Source: an uncultured Solirubrobacterales bacterium
GTDB lineage: Bacteria; Actinomycetota; Thermoleophilia; Solirubrobacterales; 70-9
Assembly: GCA_963701635.1 (NCBI GenBank)
Contig: CAVPAU010000003.1
Coordinates: 228,303-292,302 of the forward strand
DNA: 64,000 bases
Reading direction: 5' to 3'
The notes under the pieces are model-generated. The model was given only the letters and a program-made list of their open reading frames with translations. It did no database searches and was not told the origin of the DNA. Shown piece by piece: positions 39,720 to 49,549 of the stretch. A program made the position numbers and the translations under genes. Positions within the stretch are counted from its first letter, which is position 1, and every line of letters starts with the position of its first letter.

Positions 39720-40514
39720 GTGAGCGCGACCGTGGCATGGATATCGACCACCCCCGTCAAGGGGCTGCGCATGCTCCCGAGGCGGGAGGTCGAGCTGACC
39801 CGGCAGGGTGCGGTCGACGACCGGCAGTTCTTCCTCGTCGGCGACGACGGCGTGATGGTCAGTGCGACGCGCATCGGTCCGCTGATGGAGATCGTGCCCG
39901 AATACCGCCGGGAAGCGGATGGGCGGACCCTGGCGCTGAGCTTCCCCGACGGGAGCGTGGTGGCCGGTCCGGTCGAACACGTGGATCCGGTCGAAATCAG
40001 CTTCTACGGGCTCGAACTCTCGGTCCGGCCGCTGGCCGGGCCTTTCTCCGAGGCCGTCTCGGCTCACTGCGGGACCGACCTGCGCCTGGTCGAGCGGCCC
40101 GAGAACCGGCCCGGGGTCGACCGCGGTTCGATCGCCGGCGCTACCCTGCTCGGGGTCGCTTCGCTGCGCCGTCTCGAGGACGCCGCGGCCGAGGCCGGCC
40201 AGCCGGGAGAGATCGACCAGCGCCGCTTCCGCATGACGTTCGGGATCGACGGAATCGAAGCCCACGAGGAGGACGGCTGGATCGGCGGCGAAGTGAGGGT
40301 CGGCGACGCGCTGCTGCGAGTCCACGACCGGGTCGGGCGCTGCGCCGCCACGACCAGGGACCCGGAGGCCGGCGATGTCGACCTGAAGACTCTCCACCAC
40401 ATCCGCTCCTACCGCGACGACGTCGACTGCGAAGAAGGCCTGCCGTTCGGCGTCTACGCCAGCGTCAGGAGCCCCGGCACGGTCAGGCTCGGCGACCCGG
40501 TCGTCCCGGTGTGA
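39720..40514 (+). CDS. MOSC domain-containing protein
   Basis: The C-terminal RFRMTFGIDG...GDALLRV.DRVGRCAATTRDPE pattern, with its conserved Cys, is typical of MOSC. Confidence 0.8.
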   Translation: MSATVAWISTTPVKGLRMLPRREVELTRQGAVDDRQFFLVGDDGVMVSATRIGPLMEIVPEYRREADGRTLALSFPDGSVVAGPVEHVDPVEISFYGLELSVRPLAGPFSEAVSAHCGTDLRLVERPENRPGVDRGSIAGATLLGVASLRRLEDAAAEAGQPGEIDQRRFRMTFGIDGIEAHEEDGWIGGEVRVGDALLRVHDRVGRCAATTRDPEAGDVDLKTLHHIRSYRDDVDCEEGLPFGVYASVRSPGTVRLGDPVVPV

Positions 40515-40518
40515 AGGC

Positions 40519-40537
40519 GCGGCGACCCGGTCGCCGC
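40519..40537 (+). terminator. Short GC hairpin just after the MOSC gene stop
   Basis: GCGGCGAC-ccg-GTCGCCGC begins 5 nt after the stop at 40514. No U-tract. Confidence 0.35.
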
Positions 40538-40633
40538 CCTGGAATCGCGAAACCGGTCTCTGTTACGGTCTCTGCAACCGTGCTGGCAGGCCCTGACGCA
40601 AAGATAGGGTGCACAACGAGGATCCTGCGCTCT

Positions 40634-42858
40634 GTGCTCACGGATCGCGGGCGCCTCTCTCCCTCGCCTGCGCGCACGGCGGCGGGCAGCCGGCTGCGAC
40701 GCCCCGCCTGGATCCTCCGTCTGGTGGCGGGCGTTGCTGTCGCAGCCGCGGGTCTCGTGCTCGCCGGTTCCGCCACCGCCGCGACCTACACGGTCGACAG
40801 CACCGACGGCGGCGGCCCAACGGCAGCTGTACTGCCGCGGCCTCCGACTGCAACCTCGCAGCAGCCATCACGCAGTCGAACTCGAACGGCGACATCGACA
40901 CGATCGACTTCGACCCGTCGCTCCCGGGCGAGATCGACCTCAGCTCCGACCTGCCCACGATCAGCGACGGCGTGACCGTCGCCGGTCCGGGGGCCGGGAA
41001 TCTCGCGATAGACGGCCAGAACTCCCATCGCCCGTTCACCCTCGGCGCCGGTCGCGAGCAGGTGCTGATCTCCGACCTCGCGCTCAGGCGGGGCCGCGCT
41101 GTGGCGGGCGGGACGATCTATGTCGAGGTCACCGCGCTGCGCCTCGACGGGGTGCGGATCGAGGATTCGGAGTCCGTATCGGGGTCGACGCCCGCGCGCT
41201 GCGGTTCGGCTGGATCAGGCGGCGTCGGAGGGGCGATCTTCGCCCGCGCCTCTGCGGTCGAGATCAACGACTCAGTGATCGCCGACTCGAAGGGATCCGG
41301 TCGCGGCGGGGCGATCTGCCTGCAGGTCGACTCCCCGCTGACCGTCACCGGGTCCCAGATCCTGAGCAGCTCAAGTGAGGGAGACGGCGGGGCGATCGCC
41401 GCATTCGGCGACTCCCCGGTGAAGATCGAGAGGTCGATACTCACCGACAACAGGACGACCACCGACGGCGCCCAAGGCGGAGCGGTCTACGCAGACTCGT
41501 CCGACGTCGAGATAACGCAGTCGACGCTTTCGGGAAACCTGGTGCCGGGGCGCGGCTCGTCGGGCGGCGCGGTGTACTCGACCGGAACAGCCAGAGTCTC
41601 GGTCTACTCTTCGGCGTTCTCCGGCAACCAGGCGCCTGACTACGATTTCTTCGGCTCGGGTGGAGCGATTGCGGCGTTCGGCGGTGGACCGTTGACCGTC
41701 GAAGGGTCCAGCTTCTCAGCCAATGTCGGGGGCCAAGGCGGCGGTGGTGCGATCCGGACGAGTGTCGACCTCGACGTCGAGAACTCGACCTTCTTCGACA
41801 ACACCTCCCTGAACGGCTCCGCGGTCTACGCCACCATAGGCCAGGTCGACATCGAGTCGATCACCGCCACCGCCAACGACAACGCGGGCGCGGCCGTCGA
41901 GCTGGACTCCGGCTCGGGAGGGTCGATCCGCAACTCGATCGTAGCGGGCAACCGGAGGGGTGCTCCCGTCTTCCTGGGCAACGACGTGACGGGGGACCCC
42001 TCGCAGACCCTTGCCATCTCCCACACCCAGTTCGGTTCCGCCTTCAACTACGTAAATGCCGGCAACAACATCCTCGACCCCGACCCCGTGCTCGGACCGC
42101 TCGCGGACAACGGCGGCCCCACCCGGACGATGGCGATATCGACCGCGAGCCCCGCCTACAACTCCGGCTCCTCGACCGAGCAGGACGACCAACGAGGCGT
42201 GCCGAGGCCGCAGAACGGAAGCGACGACATCGGCGCGTTTGAGCTCGACGACACCGCGCCGAGCGTGTCAATCTCGTCCCTCGGGACTACGAAGAACACC
42301 ACTCCGCAGTTCGATTTCTCCTCGCCCGACCCGGACGTGGCCGGTTTCGAGTGCGCTCTCGACGGGCCCACCCAGGCCCCGCTCGGCGCGACCTACGAGC
42401 CCTGCTCGAGTCCTGTCGCACTCGGTCCCCTGGCCGACGGCGCCTACACCCTGCGGGTACGGGTGAGCGACATCGCGGGGAACGTCGGAGCCGCCTCGGA
42501 ATCCTTCGCCGTCGACACGAGAGTCGAGGGCTTCGCCAAGGCGAGGAGGGCCCAGAAGCAGAAGCGCAGGAAGATCGTCGTCAAGGTCACGGTCGGGGCC
42601 GACGAGTCCCTGCGCGCGAAGGCAACCGGCACGATCAGGGTCAAGAAGCGGAACTACAGGCTGAAGGCCCGGAACATCAGCATCGTCGCGGGCAGTAAGA
42701 AGACCCTGAAGCTGAAGCCGAAGAAGAGCAGGCAGGCCAGGAAGATCGCCACGGCGCTGAAGAGAGGCAAAAAGGCGAAGGCCAGGCTCGAAGTCAGGCT
42801 CACGGACGGGGCCGGCAATGCCAAGGTCGCCAGGCTGAAGGTCCGGCTCAAGCGCTGA
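40634..42858 (+). pseudogene. Secreted right-handed beta-helix / choice-of-anchor-Q-like protein with Ig-like domain and K/R-rich C-terminal module; frameshift near 40817 separates the signal peptide from the mature part
   Basis: Frame A (from GTG 40634) encodes SRLRRPAWILRLVAGVAVAAAGLVLAGSATA-ATYTVDSTDGGGP. Frame B (ORF 40609..42858) continues NGSCTAAASDCNLAAAITQSNSNGDIDTIDFD.., beta-helix repeats and LGPLADNGGPTRTM. Only 2 nt (CC) lie between GGC and AAC. Confidence 0.75.
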
Positions 42859-42939
42859 GTGGCGGGGAGCCCGGTTCAGGCCGGCTGAGCGACCCGGCAT
42901 CGATGCCGCCGCAGAGTCGCCCATCGCCCGTCGAGCGAA

Positions 42940-43012
42940 AGCCCGCCTCCGGGATCGAACCGGAGACCTCCTGTTTACAAGACAGGTGCTCTGCCAACTG
43001 AGCTAGGCGGGC
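42940..43012 (-). tRNA. tRNA-Thr (anticodon TGT)
   Basis: Hand-folded cloverleaf: acceptor GCCCGCC/GGCGGGC, D-arm GCTC/GAGC, anticodon stem CCTGT/ACAGG with loop CTTGTAA, T-arm TCCGG/CCGGA with loop TTCGATC. 73 nt; CCA not encoded. Confidence 0.93.
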
Positions 43013-43100
43013 ATCGGCCCGTGACGGGCCCGATGACCAATTTTCGCATGCCGGTCGCGCCTTCGCCAGGTCGCGACGGCGGGATTTCCTCAGACTCGGG

Positions 43101-43799
43101 TCAGACCGCGTACTCGCGGCTGTCGAGGTGCCTTCCGACCTTGCGCTTGACGCGCTGGAGGGCGTTGTCAACCGCCTTCGTATCGGTCCCGAGCAGCTCG
43201 GCCACCTCTTCGTAGGAGCGGTCCTCCAGATAGAAGCCGAGCACGCTGCTCTCGATCTCCGAGAGTGCGCCGCGCAGGTGGGTGACGAGGCTCGAGAGCT
43301 CCTCTGCCGAAATCGCCTGGTTGACCGGGTCGAAGGCCGAAGGACCTGGAAGGATCTCCTCCATCGTCGTCTCCGATTCCCCGTTGGCGGCCGGCGACTG
43401 GCCGAACGAGACGTACTGGTTCAGCGGACTGTGCTTGTTTCTGGTAGCGGCCTTGACCGCGGTGATGATCTGCCGCGTGATGCACAGCTCGGCGAAGTTC
43501 CGGAAGCTCGACTCACGGTCGGTCCGGAAGTCGCGGATCGCCTTGTAGAGGCCGAGCAGCCCCTCCTGGATCAGGTCATCCGAGTCGCCCCCGACGAGGA
43601 AGTACGAGGACGCCTTCAGCCGCACGAATCCGTGGTAGCGACGGATCAGGCGATCGGTCGCCTCGGCGCTTCCGCGCTTGGACATGGCGACCAGATACAG
43701 GTCATCAGGCTCTGGTCGAGGGTTAGTCTTTGTTTCCGGACTTTCTGATCCAGCGTCGGAAACTGCTGCAAATGCCGCTTTTGAGGTCGGGGTAGCCAC
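43101..43799 (-). CDS. sigH: Sigma-70 family sigma factor closely resembling Bacillus SigH (Spo0H / sigma-30 type)
   Basis: DDLIQEGLLGLYKAIRDF, FAELCITRQIITAVKAATRNKHSPLNQYVS and AVDNALQRVKRKV match my recollection of B. subtilis SigH almost motif for motif. Start at GTG 43799, preceded by AAGGAGA. Confidence 0.85.
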   Translation of the reverse strand: MATPTSKAAFAAVSDAGSESPETKTNPRPEPDDLYLVAMSKRGSAEATDRLIRRYHGFVRLKASSYFLVGGDSDDLIQEGLLGLYKAIRDFRTDRESSFRNFAELCITRQIITAVKAATRNKHSPLNQYVSFGQSPAANGESETTMEEILPGPSAFDPVNQAISAEELSSLVTHLRGALSEIESSVLGFYLEDRSYEEVAELLGTDTKAVDNALQRVKRKVGRHLDSREYAV

Positions 43800-43911
43800 C
43801 GAACATTCTCCTTTTGAAGAGTGTCTGTGGCGCCACTTACCTCCCCTGGACGCCGGACAATTACAGGCGATCCTCAGACTCAAGTAGAGGTTCACCCTTT
43901 ATATCTCCGTT

Positions 43912-43939
43912 AGTCTACGCATTCGCAGAGTTCTGTCAA
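43912..43939 (-). promoter_or_regulatory. Consensus-like housekeeping-sigma promoter upstream of sigH
   Basis: The minus strand reads TTGACA-16 nt-TAGACT in a locally AT-richer intergenic region. The predicted leader is about 105 nt. Confidence 0.5.
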
Positions 43940-44082
43940 CCCCTCCCTCCGAATTCGTGAAATCGGCGTTGCAGAACCAGCCGGGCCGGCGGCGGCAGAT
44001 CGACCCGGAATCCACCCCGGTCGAGCCATCTAGGCGCTGCCAGACAGCCGCGGCAGACCACGGCAGTGCCACCCCCCGGCCT

Positions 44083-44130
44083 CTCTGGCAACGATCGTCC
44101 CCGGGTACCCGGGGACGATCCTCGCCAGAG
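44083..44130 (-). terminator. Long palindromic hairpin downstream of rlmB
   Basis: Perfect 28-bp palindrome GATCGTCCCCGGGTACCCGGGGACGATC (44093-44120), extended by a 7-bp outer stem CTCTGGC/GCCAGAG. It lies 31 nt after the rlmB stop. No U-tract. Confidence 0.5.
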
Positions 44131-44160
44131 CCTGGACGGTCGGGACGACGGCGGGTCGGG

Positions 44161-44847
44161 CTAGCGCGCGGTGCGCTGGCGCAGCGATTCGAACAGCAGC
44201 ACCGCGGCCGCGGCCGAGACGTTCAGGGAATCGATCGTGCCGGCCTGCGGGATCGCGACCAGCCCGTCGCAGGCGGCGGCGACCCTGGGCCTCAGACCCT
44301 TCTCCTCGGTACCCATGACGAGGACGGTCGAGCCGGTCAGGTCAACGTCCCACGGTGCCTGCTCGGCCCCGCCCGCCGCGCCCCAGATCCAGAAGCCGGA
44401 GTCCTTCGCTGCTGCGAGCCAGTCGGCAACGTTCCTCACCCGGGCGACCTCGAGGTGCTCGACCGCGCCCGCCGAAGCCTTGCAGGCGACCGCGCTGACC
44501 GGGGCCGAGCGCCGTTCCGGGATAACGACGCCCGCGGCGCCGGCGATCTCGGCCGAGCGGCAGACCGCGCCGAGGTTGCGCGGGTCCTGGATCTGGTCGA
44601 GCACGATGATCAGGCTGTTCGACCCGGCGAGCAGGCCGGAACCGTCGCTGTAGGAGAAGGCATCAACCTCGGCGACGATGCCCTGGTGGTCGGGGCTGCC
44701 GGCCATCTCGGTCAGCTGGTCTGCCGGGGTGTCGGGCGTCTCCCAGACCCGGTGTACGCGACGGGTGCCGCGCTCGGCTTCCTCGACCGGTCGCCGGCCG
44801 TAGATCAGCTCGGTATCGCCGGCGCCGGCCTGCCCGCGCCCGCCCAC
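44161..44847 (-). CDS. rlmB: 23S rRNA (guanosine-2'-O)-methyltransferase, SpoU/TrmH family (RlmB-like)
   Basis: LIYGRRPVEEA substrate-binding N-domain; DQIQDPRNLGAV, VLVMGTEEKGL and IPQAGTIDSLNVSAAAAVLLFE SPOUT motifs. GTG 44847 is 1 nt after the cysS stop; alternative start 44883. Confidence 0.85.
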   Translation of the reverse strand: MGGRGQAGAGDTELIYGRRPVEEAERGTRRVHRVWETPDTPADQLTEMAGSPDHQGIVAEVDAFSYSDGSGLLAGSNSLIIVLDQIQDPRNLGAVCRSAEIAGAAGVVIPERRSAPVSAVACKASAGAVEHLEVARVRNVADWLAAAKDSGFWIWGAAGGAEQAPWDVDLTGSTVLVMGTEEKGLRPRVAAACDGLVAIPQAGTIDSLNVSAAAAVLLFESLRQRTAR

Positions 44848-44848
44848 G

Positions 44849-46258
<1,410 letters not shown>

Positions 46259-46295
46259 TTCGCGCACTTCAGTGGCCCCCGGGCGCGTGGCCACT

Positions 46296-47459
46296 CTAGA
46301 AGGTGCGGTAACCGCCGCCGCCGGGTCCCCCGCGCCGGCGGGGCGAGGAGGCCTCGCCGGGGGCCCGGGAAGACTCCGACCTCTCCCACGAGGGCGCCGT
46401 GCTCGATGCGGCCGCGAGCGCTTCCTGACGGGCTCGGTCTGCGGCGGCGCGGACCTCTTCGTCGGCCGATTGCTGGGCGAGCTCGGCCCGGCGCCGCGAC
46501 TCGCGCCGGATGCGCTCATCTTCCTCGCGCAGGCGCTCTTCGGCCCGCTGCCGGGCCGTTTCCTCGGCCTCGCGGCCGAAGCGCTCGATCAGCTCGTCGA
46601 CGCGCTCGGCAGCCTCCCTGCGGACCTGCTCGGTGCCCTCCATCACGCGCTTGTCGATCTCGGACTCGATCTCGGCGATGCGCCGGCGGGCGAGCTGCTC
46701 GAATTCGTTGGCGTGCGCCTCGGCCTGGGCCGCACGGTCCTGGGCCTTGCGCGCCCTTTCTTCGTAGGCCGCGATGCGACCCGCTGCCTCGCGCTCGGCC
46801 GCCTGCCTGGACTCGCGGGCCAGCCGCTCGGCGGTTTCCTCGAGGTGACGCGTGCGGGCCGCGAGCCTCTCCTCACCCTCCGCGGCAACCTTGCTCAGGG
46901 CCTCTTCCCGGCTAGCCCTCTCCTCGGCGAGGGCGCCCTGGGCCCGCTTCAGCTCGGCCTCCAGCGTCGCCTGGGCCGCACGCTGGTCGGTCTCACGTTC
47001 CTTCAGCTCGCGCGCCTGTTCTTCGGCCTTCTTCCTGGCCTCCTGCGCGATCTCGATCTTCTCGCGTGCCTCTGCGCTGAGCTTGCGCAGCGTGTCGCGG
47101 GCCTTCGCCTTGATCTCCTCGCGCGCCTCGGCGGTCTCACGTGCGGCCTGGGTGCGCACCTGCTCGATGCGCTGGTCCACGGCGGCCGAGCGGGCGTCGG
47201 CTTCGGCGGCCTTGCGCTCCCACTCCTTGGCCCGGCTCACGGCCTCGCGGGCCTCGGCCAGTGCCTTCAGTTCGGATTCACGGGCGGCCATCTCGGCTTC
47301 GCGCGCCTTCGACTCGCGTTCGTCGAGTTCTTTCGCAAAGGCCTCGACGCGCGCGTTCATCCGCGCGGAGGCCTCGCCTACCGCGCGCAGGTCCGCAGGA
47401 AGGCCGTCCGGGCCGGCCGCCTCTTCCTTGGACGGAGCTGGAGTCGGATCGCTGCTCAT
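46296..47459 (-). CDS. Hypothetical Ala/Glu/Arg-rich coiled-coil protein (387 aa)
   Basis: ATG 47459 is preceded by GGAG. About 330 residues of uninterrupted charged heptad-like sequence (AREAEMAARESELKALAEAREA..). Gly/Arg-rich C-terminus ..RRRGGPGGGGYRTF. GC-rich third positions. Confidence 0.65.
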   Translation of the reverse strand: MSSDPTPAPSKEEAAGPDGLPADLRAVGEASARMNARVEAFAKELDERESKAREAEMAARESELKALAEAREAVSRAKEWERKAAEADARSAAVDQRIEQVRTQAARETAEAREEIKAKARDTLRKLSAEAREKIEIAQEARKKAEEQARELKERETDQRAAQATLEAELKRAQGALAEERASREEALSKVAAEGEERLAARTRHLEETAERLARESRQAAEREAAGRIAAYEERARKAQDRAAQAEAHANEFEQLARRRIAEIESEIDKRVMEGTEQVRREAAERVDELIERFGREAEETARQRAEERLREEDERIRRESRRRAELAQQSADEEVRAAADRARQEALAAASSTAPSWERSESSRAPGEASSPRRRGGPGGGGYRTF

Positions 47460-47475
47460 CGTCTCCGCAAACCTA

Positions 47476-49086
47476 CTACTCGAGAGCCCGTTTGAGAATC
47501 TTGCCGGTGGCATTTCTCGGAAGCTCGTCCATGAAGACGACCTGCTTCGGCGTCTTGTACGAGGCGAGGTTCTGGCGGACGAATGCCTTGATCCGCGCCT
47601 CGTCAACGGCTCCCGGGTCTGAAGGGACCACCCAGGCCTTGAGAACCTGGCCGAACTGCTCGTCGTCGATGCCGCGTACAGCGGCCTCGACCACGTGCTC
47701 GTGGCCGGCGATCAGGTCCTCGACTTCGCCCGGAAACACGTTCTCGCCACCGGAGACGATCATCTCGTCGTCCCTGCCGTCGATGAAGAGCATGCCGTCC
47801 GGGCCGAAGTGTCCGACGTCTCCGGTCGCGGTGAAGCTGCCGATCCGTTCCTTGTCGCCGCCGCCCGTATAGCCCTCGAAGGACATGTTGTTGCTGACGA
47901 AGATGCGCCCGGTCTCACCCGTCCTGACCCGCTCGCCGTTCTCATCGAGCAGCCTCAGCTCGGTACCCCTGGGCGGGTGACCGGCCGTCGTCGGGTCCTT
48001 GTGCAGCTCTTCCGGACCGGCTATCGAGGCGAATGCGACCTCGGTCGAGCCGTAGAGGCTGTACAGGTTGTCGCCGTACCGTTCCATCCAGCGTGTGGCG
48101 AGCCCTCCCGGCAGGGCAGACCCCGACAGGGTCGTGATCTTCAGGTTGTCGGCCCGGAAGCGCAGGCTCTGCTCCGGCGGAAGGTCGAGGATCCTCTGGA
48201 GCATCACAGGTACGGCCACCAGTACATCGGCGTCGTACCGGTCGATCAGCTTCATCGTGCGGGCCGGGTCGAAACGCCCTTCGAGCACGACGGTTGCGCC
48301 GAGGGTGAGACCGACGACGAGGTGGATGAAACCCCACGAATGAAACAGCGGGGCAGCGACGACCATCGTCTGGCCTGCGCGGTGCGGGATCGCGTCGAGC
48401 AGCCCGGCCAGCCCGCCGAGCCCCTCGGGGCTGCTGCGCTGGGCGCCTTTGGGTGCGCCGGTGGTGCCGGAAGTGAGGATGATGAACCTCGCGGCGGTGC
48501 CCGGGACATCGAGCCCGCGGTCGTCGGCCGAAGCCATCAGCAGATCGAGCGTGAGCGCTTCGGGTTCGGCATCCCCCCGGGCGATGACTCTCGTCACGTC
48601 CGGCGGGACATCGCCGAGCAGGTCGGCGAACTCGGCGTCGTGGATCAGCAACCTCGGTCCCTCGCGCTCGACGACTTCGGCGAGCTGGGGGCCGGAGAAC
48701 ATCGTGTTGAGGAAGAGTGCTGTGGCGCCGAGCTTCGACGCAGCGAGGTTGGCCTCGATGAATCCGCGGTGGTTGCGGCACATGATCGCGATGCCGTCGC
48801 CCTCGCCGATGCCCATCCGGGCCAGGGCCCGCGCCAGCGAGTTGGTCCGGAGGTCGACCTGGTTGAAGCCGAGAACTCCCGCCTCGTCGACTATGAACGG
48901 GCGGTCGCCGTGCTTGATCGCGGCGATGTGTATCGCGGTCGCCGGCGTCGTACCCCCCTTGACCAGCGTGGTGATCACCTTCGCGGTCCGGTCGGGACGG
49001 GTCGGCCCGAGGATCCCCGACTCGGTGAGCACCTTCAGCTGAAAAGCGCCATCCGAGATCCGGTTCTTCAGTCCTTCACCGATCAT
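47476..49086 (-). CDS. Acyl-CoA synthetase / AMP-dependent ligase
   Basis: AMP-binding motif ILTSGTTGAPKGA; YGSTE, TGD and the C-terminal ..PRNATGKILKR lysine motif. ATG 49086 lies 1 nt after the ispF stop. Confidence 0.9.
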   Translation of the reverse strand: MIGEGLKNRISDGAFQLKVLTESGILGPTRPDRTAKVITTLVKGGTTPATAIHIAAIKHGDRPFIVDEAGVLGFNQVDLRTNSLARALARMGIGEGDGIAIMCRNHRGFIEANLAASKLGATALFLNTMFSGPQLAEVVEREGPRLLIHDAEFADLLGDVPPDVTRVIARGDAEPEALTLDLLMASADDRGLDVPGTAARFIILTSGTTGAPKGAQRSSPEGLGGLAGLLDAIPHRAGQTMVVAAPLFHSWGFIHLVVGLTLGATVVLEGRFDPARTMKLIDRYDADVLVAVPVMLQRILDLPPEQSLRFRADNLKITTLSGSALPGGLATRWMERYGDNLYSLYGSTEVAFASIAGPEELHKDPTTAGHPPRGTELRLLDENGERVRTGETGRIFVSNNMSFEGYTGGGDKERIGSFTATGDVGHFGPDGMLFIDGRDDEMIVSGGENVFPGEVEDLIAGHEHVVEAAVRGIDDEQFGQVLKAWVVPSDPGAVDEARIKAFVRQNLASYKTPKQVVFMDELPRNATGKILKRALE

Positions 49087-49087
49087 C

Positions 49088-49549
49088 TCAGCCCAAGTCC
49101 GCCGTGGCAACGGCGATGGCCGCAATGCCCTCTCCCCTGCCGATCCAGCCCATGCCTTCGTTGGTCGTGGCCTTGACACTGACCCGGGCCGAGGTGACAC
49201 CCTCGAGCACTGCGACGATCTGCGCGCGATGGGCGGCCAGCTTCGGCTCCTCGCAGACAACCGTCGCGTCTATGTTGACGACGGGACCCCTGAGCATTCC
49301 GACCACGGTGCTGAGCAGACCGATCGAGTCCGCATCCTTCCACTGCGGGTCGGTGTCGGGAAAGAGAGAGCCGATGTCACCGAGGCCGCCGGCGCCGAGC
49401 ACAGCATCGATCACCGCGTGGGTGAGAACGTCGGCGTCGGAGTGGCCGATCAGTCCGCGCTCGAACGGGACCTCGACGCCGCCGAGGATCAGCGGCCGGT
49501 CCTCCCCGAATCGGTGGCTGTCGTAGCCGATGCCGACGCTCACCGGCAC
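49088..49549 (-). CDS. ispF: 2-C-methyl-D-erythritol 2,4-cyclodiphosphate synthase
   Basis: GIGYDSHRF and GHSDADVLTHAVIDA motifs; 153 aa. Confidence 0.93.
   Translation of the reverse strand: MPVSVGIGYDSHRFGEDRPLILGGVEVPFERGLIGHSDADVLTHAVIDAVLGAGGLGDIGSLFPDTDPQWKDADSIGLLSTVVGMLRGPVVNIDATVVCEEPKLAAHRAQIVAVLEGVTSARVSVKATTNEGMGWIGRGEGIAAIAVATADLG

Noticed and set aside
42859-43100. tRNA-Thr as an integration site for a genomic island carrying the beta-helix protein.
   Set aside because: No integrase, no direct repeat of the tRNA 3' end and no other mobile genes are seen on either side within the window.
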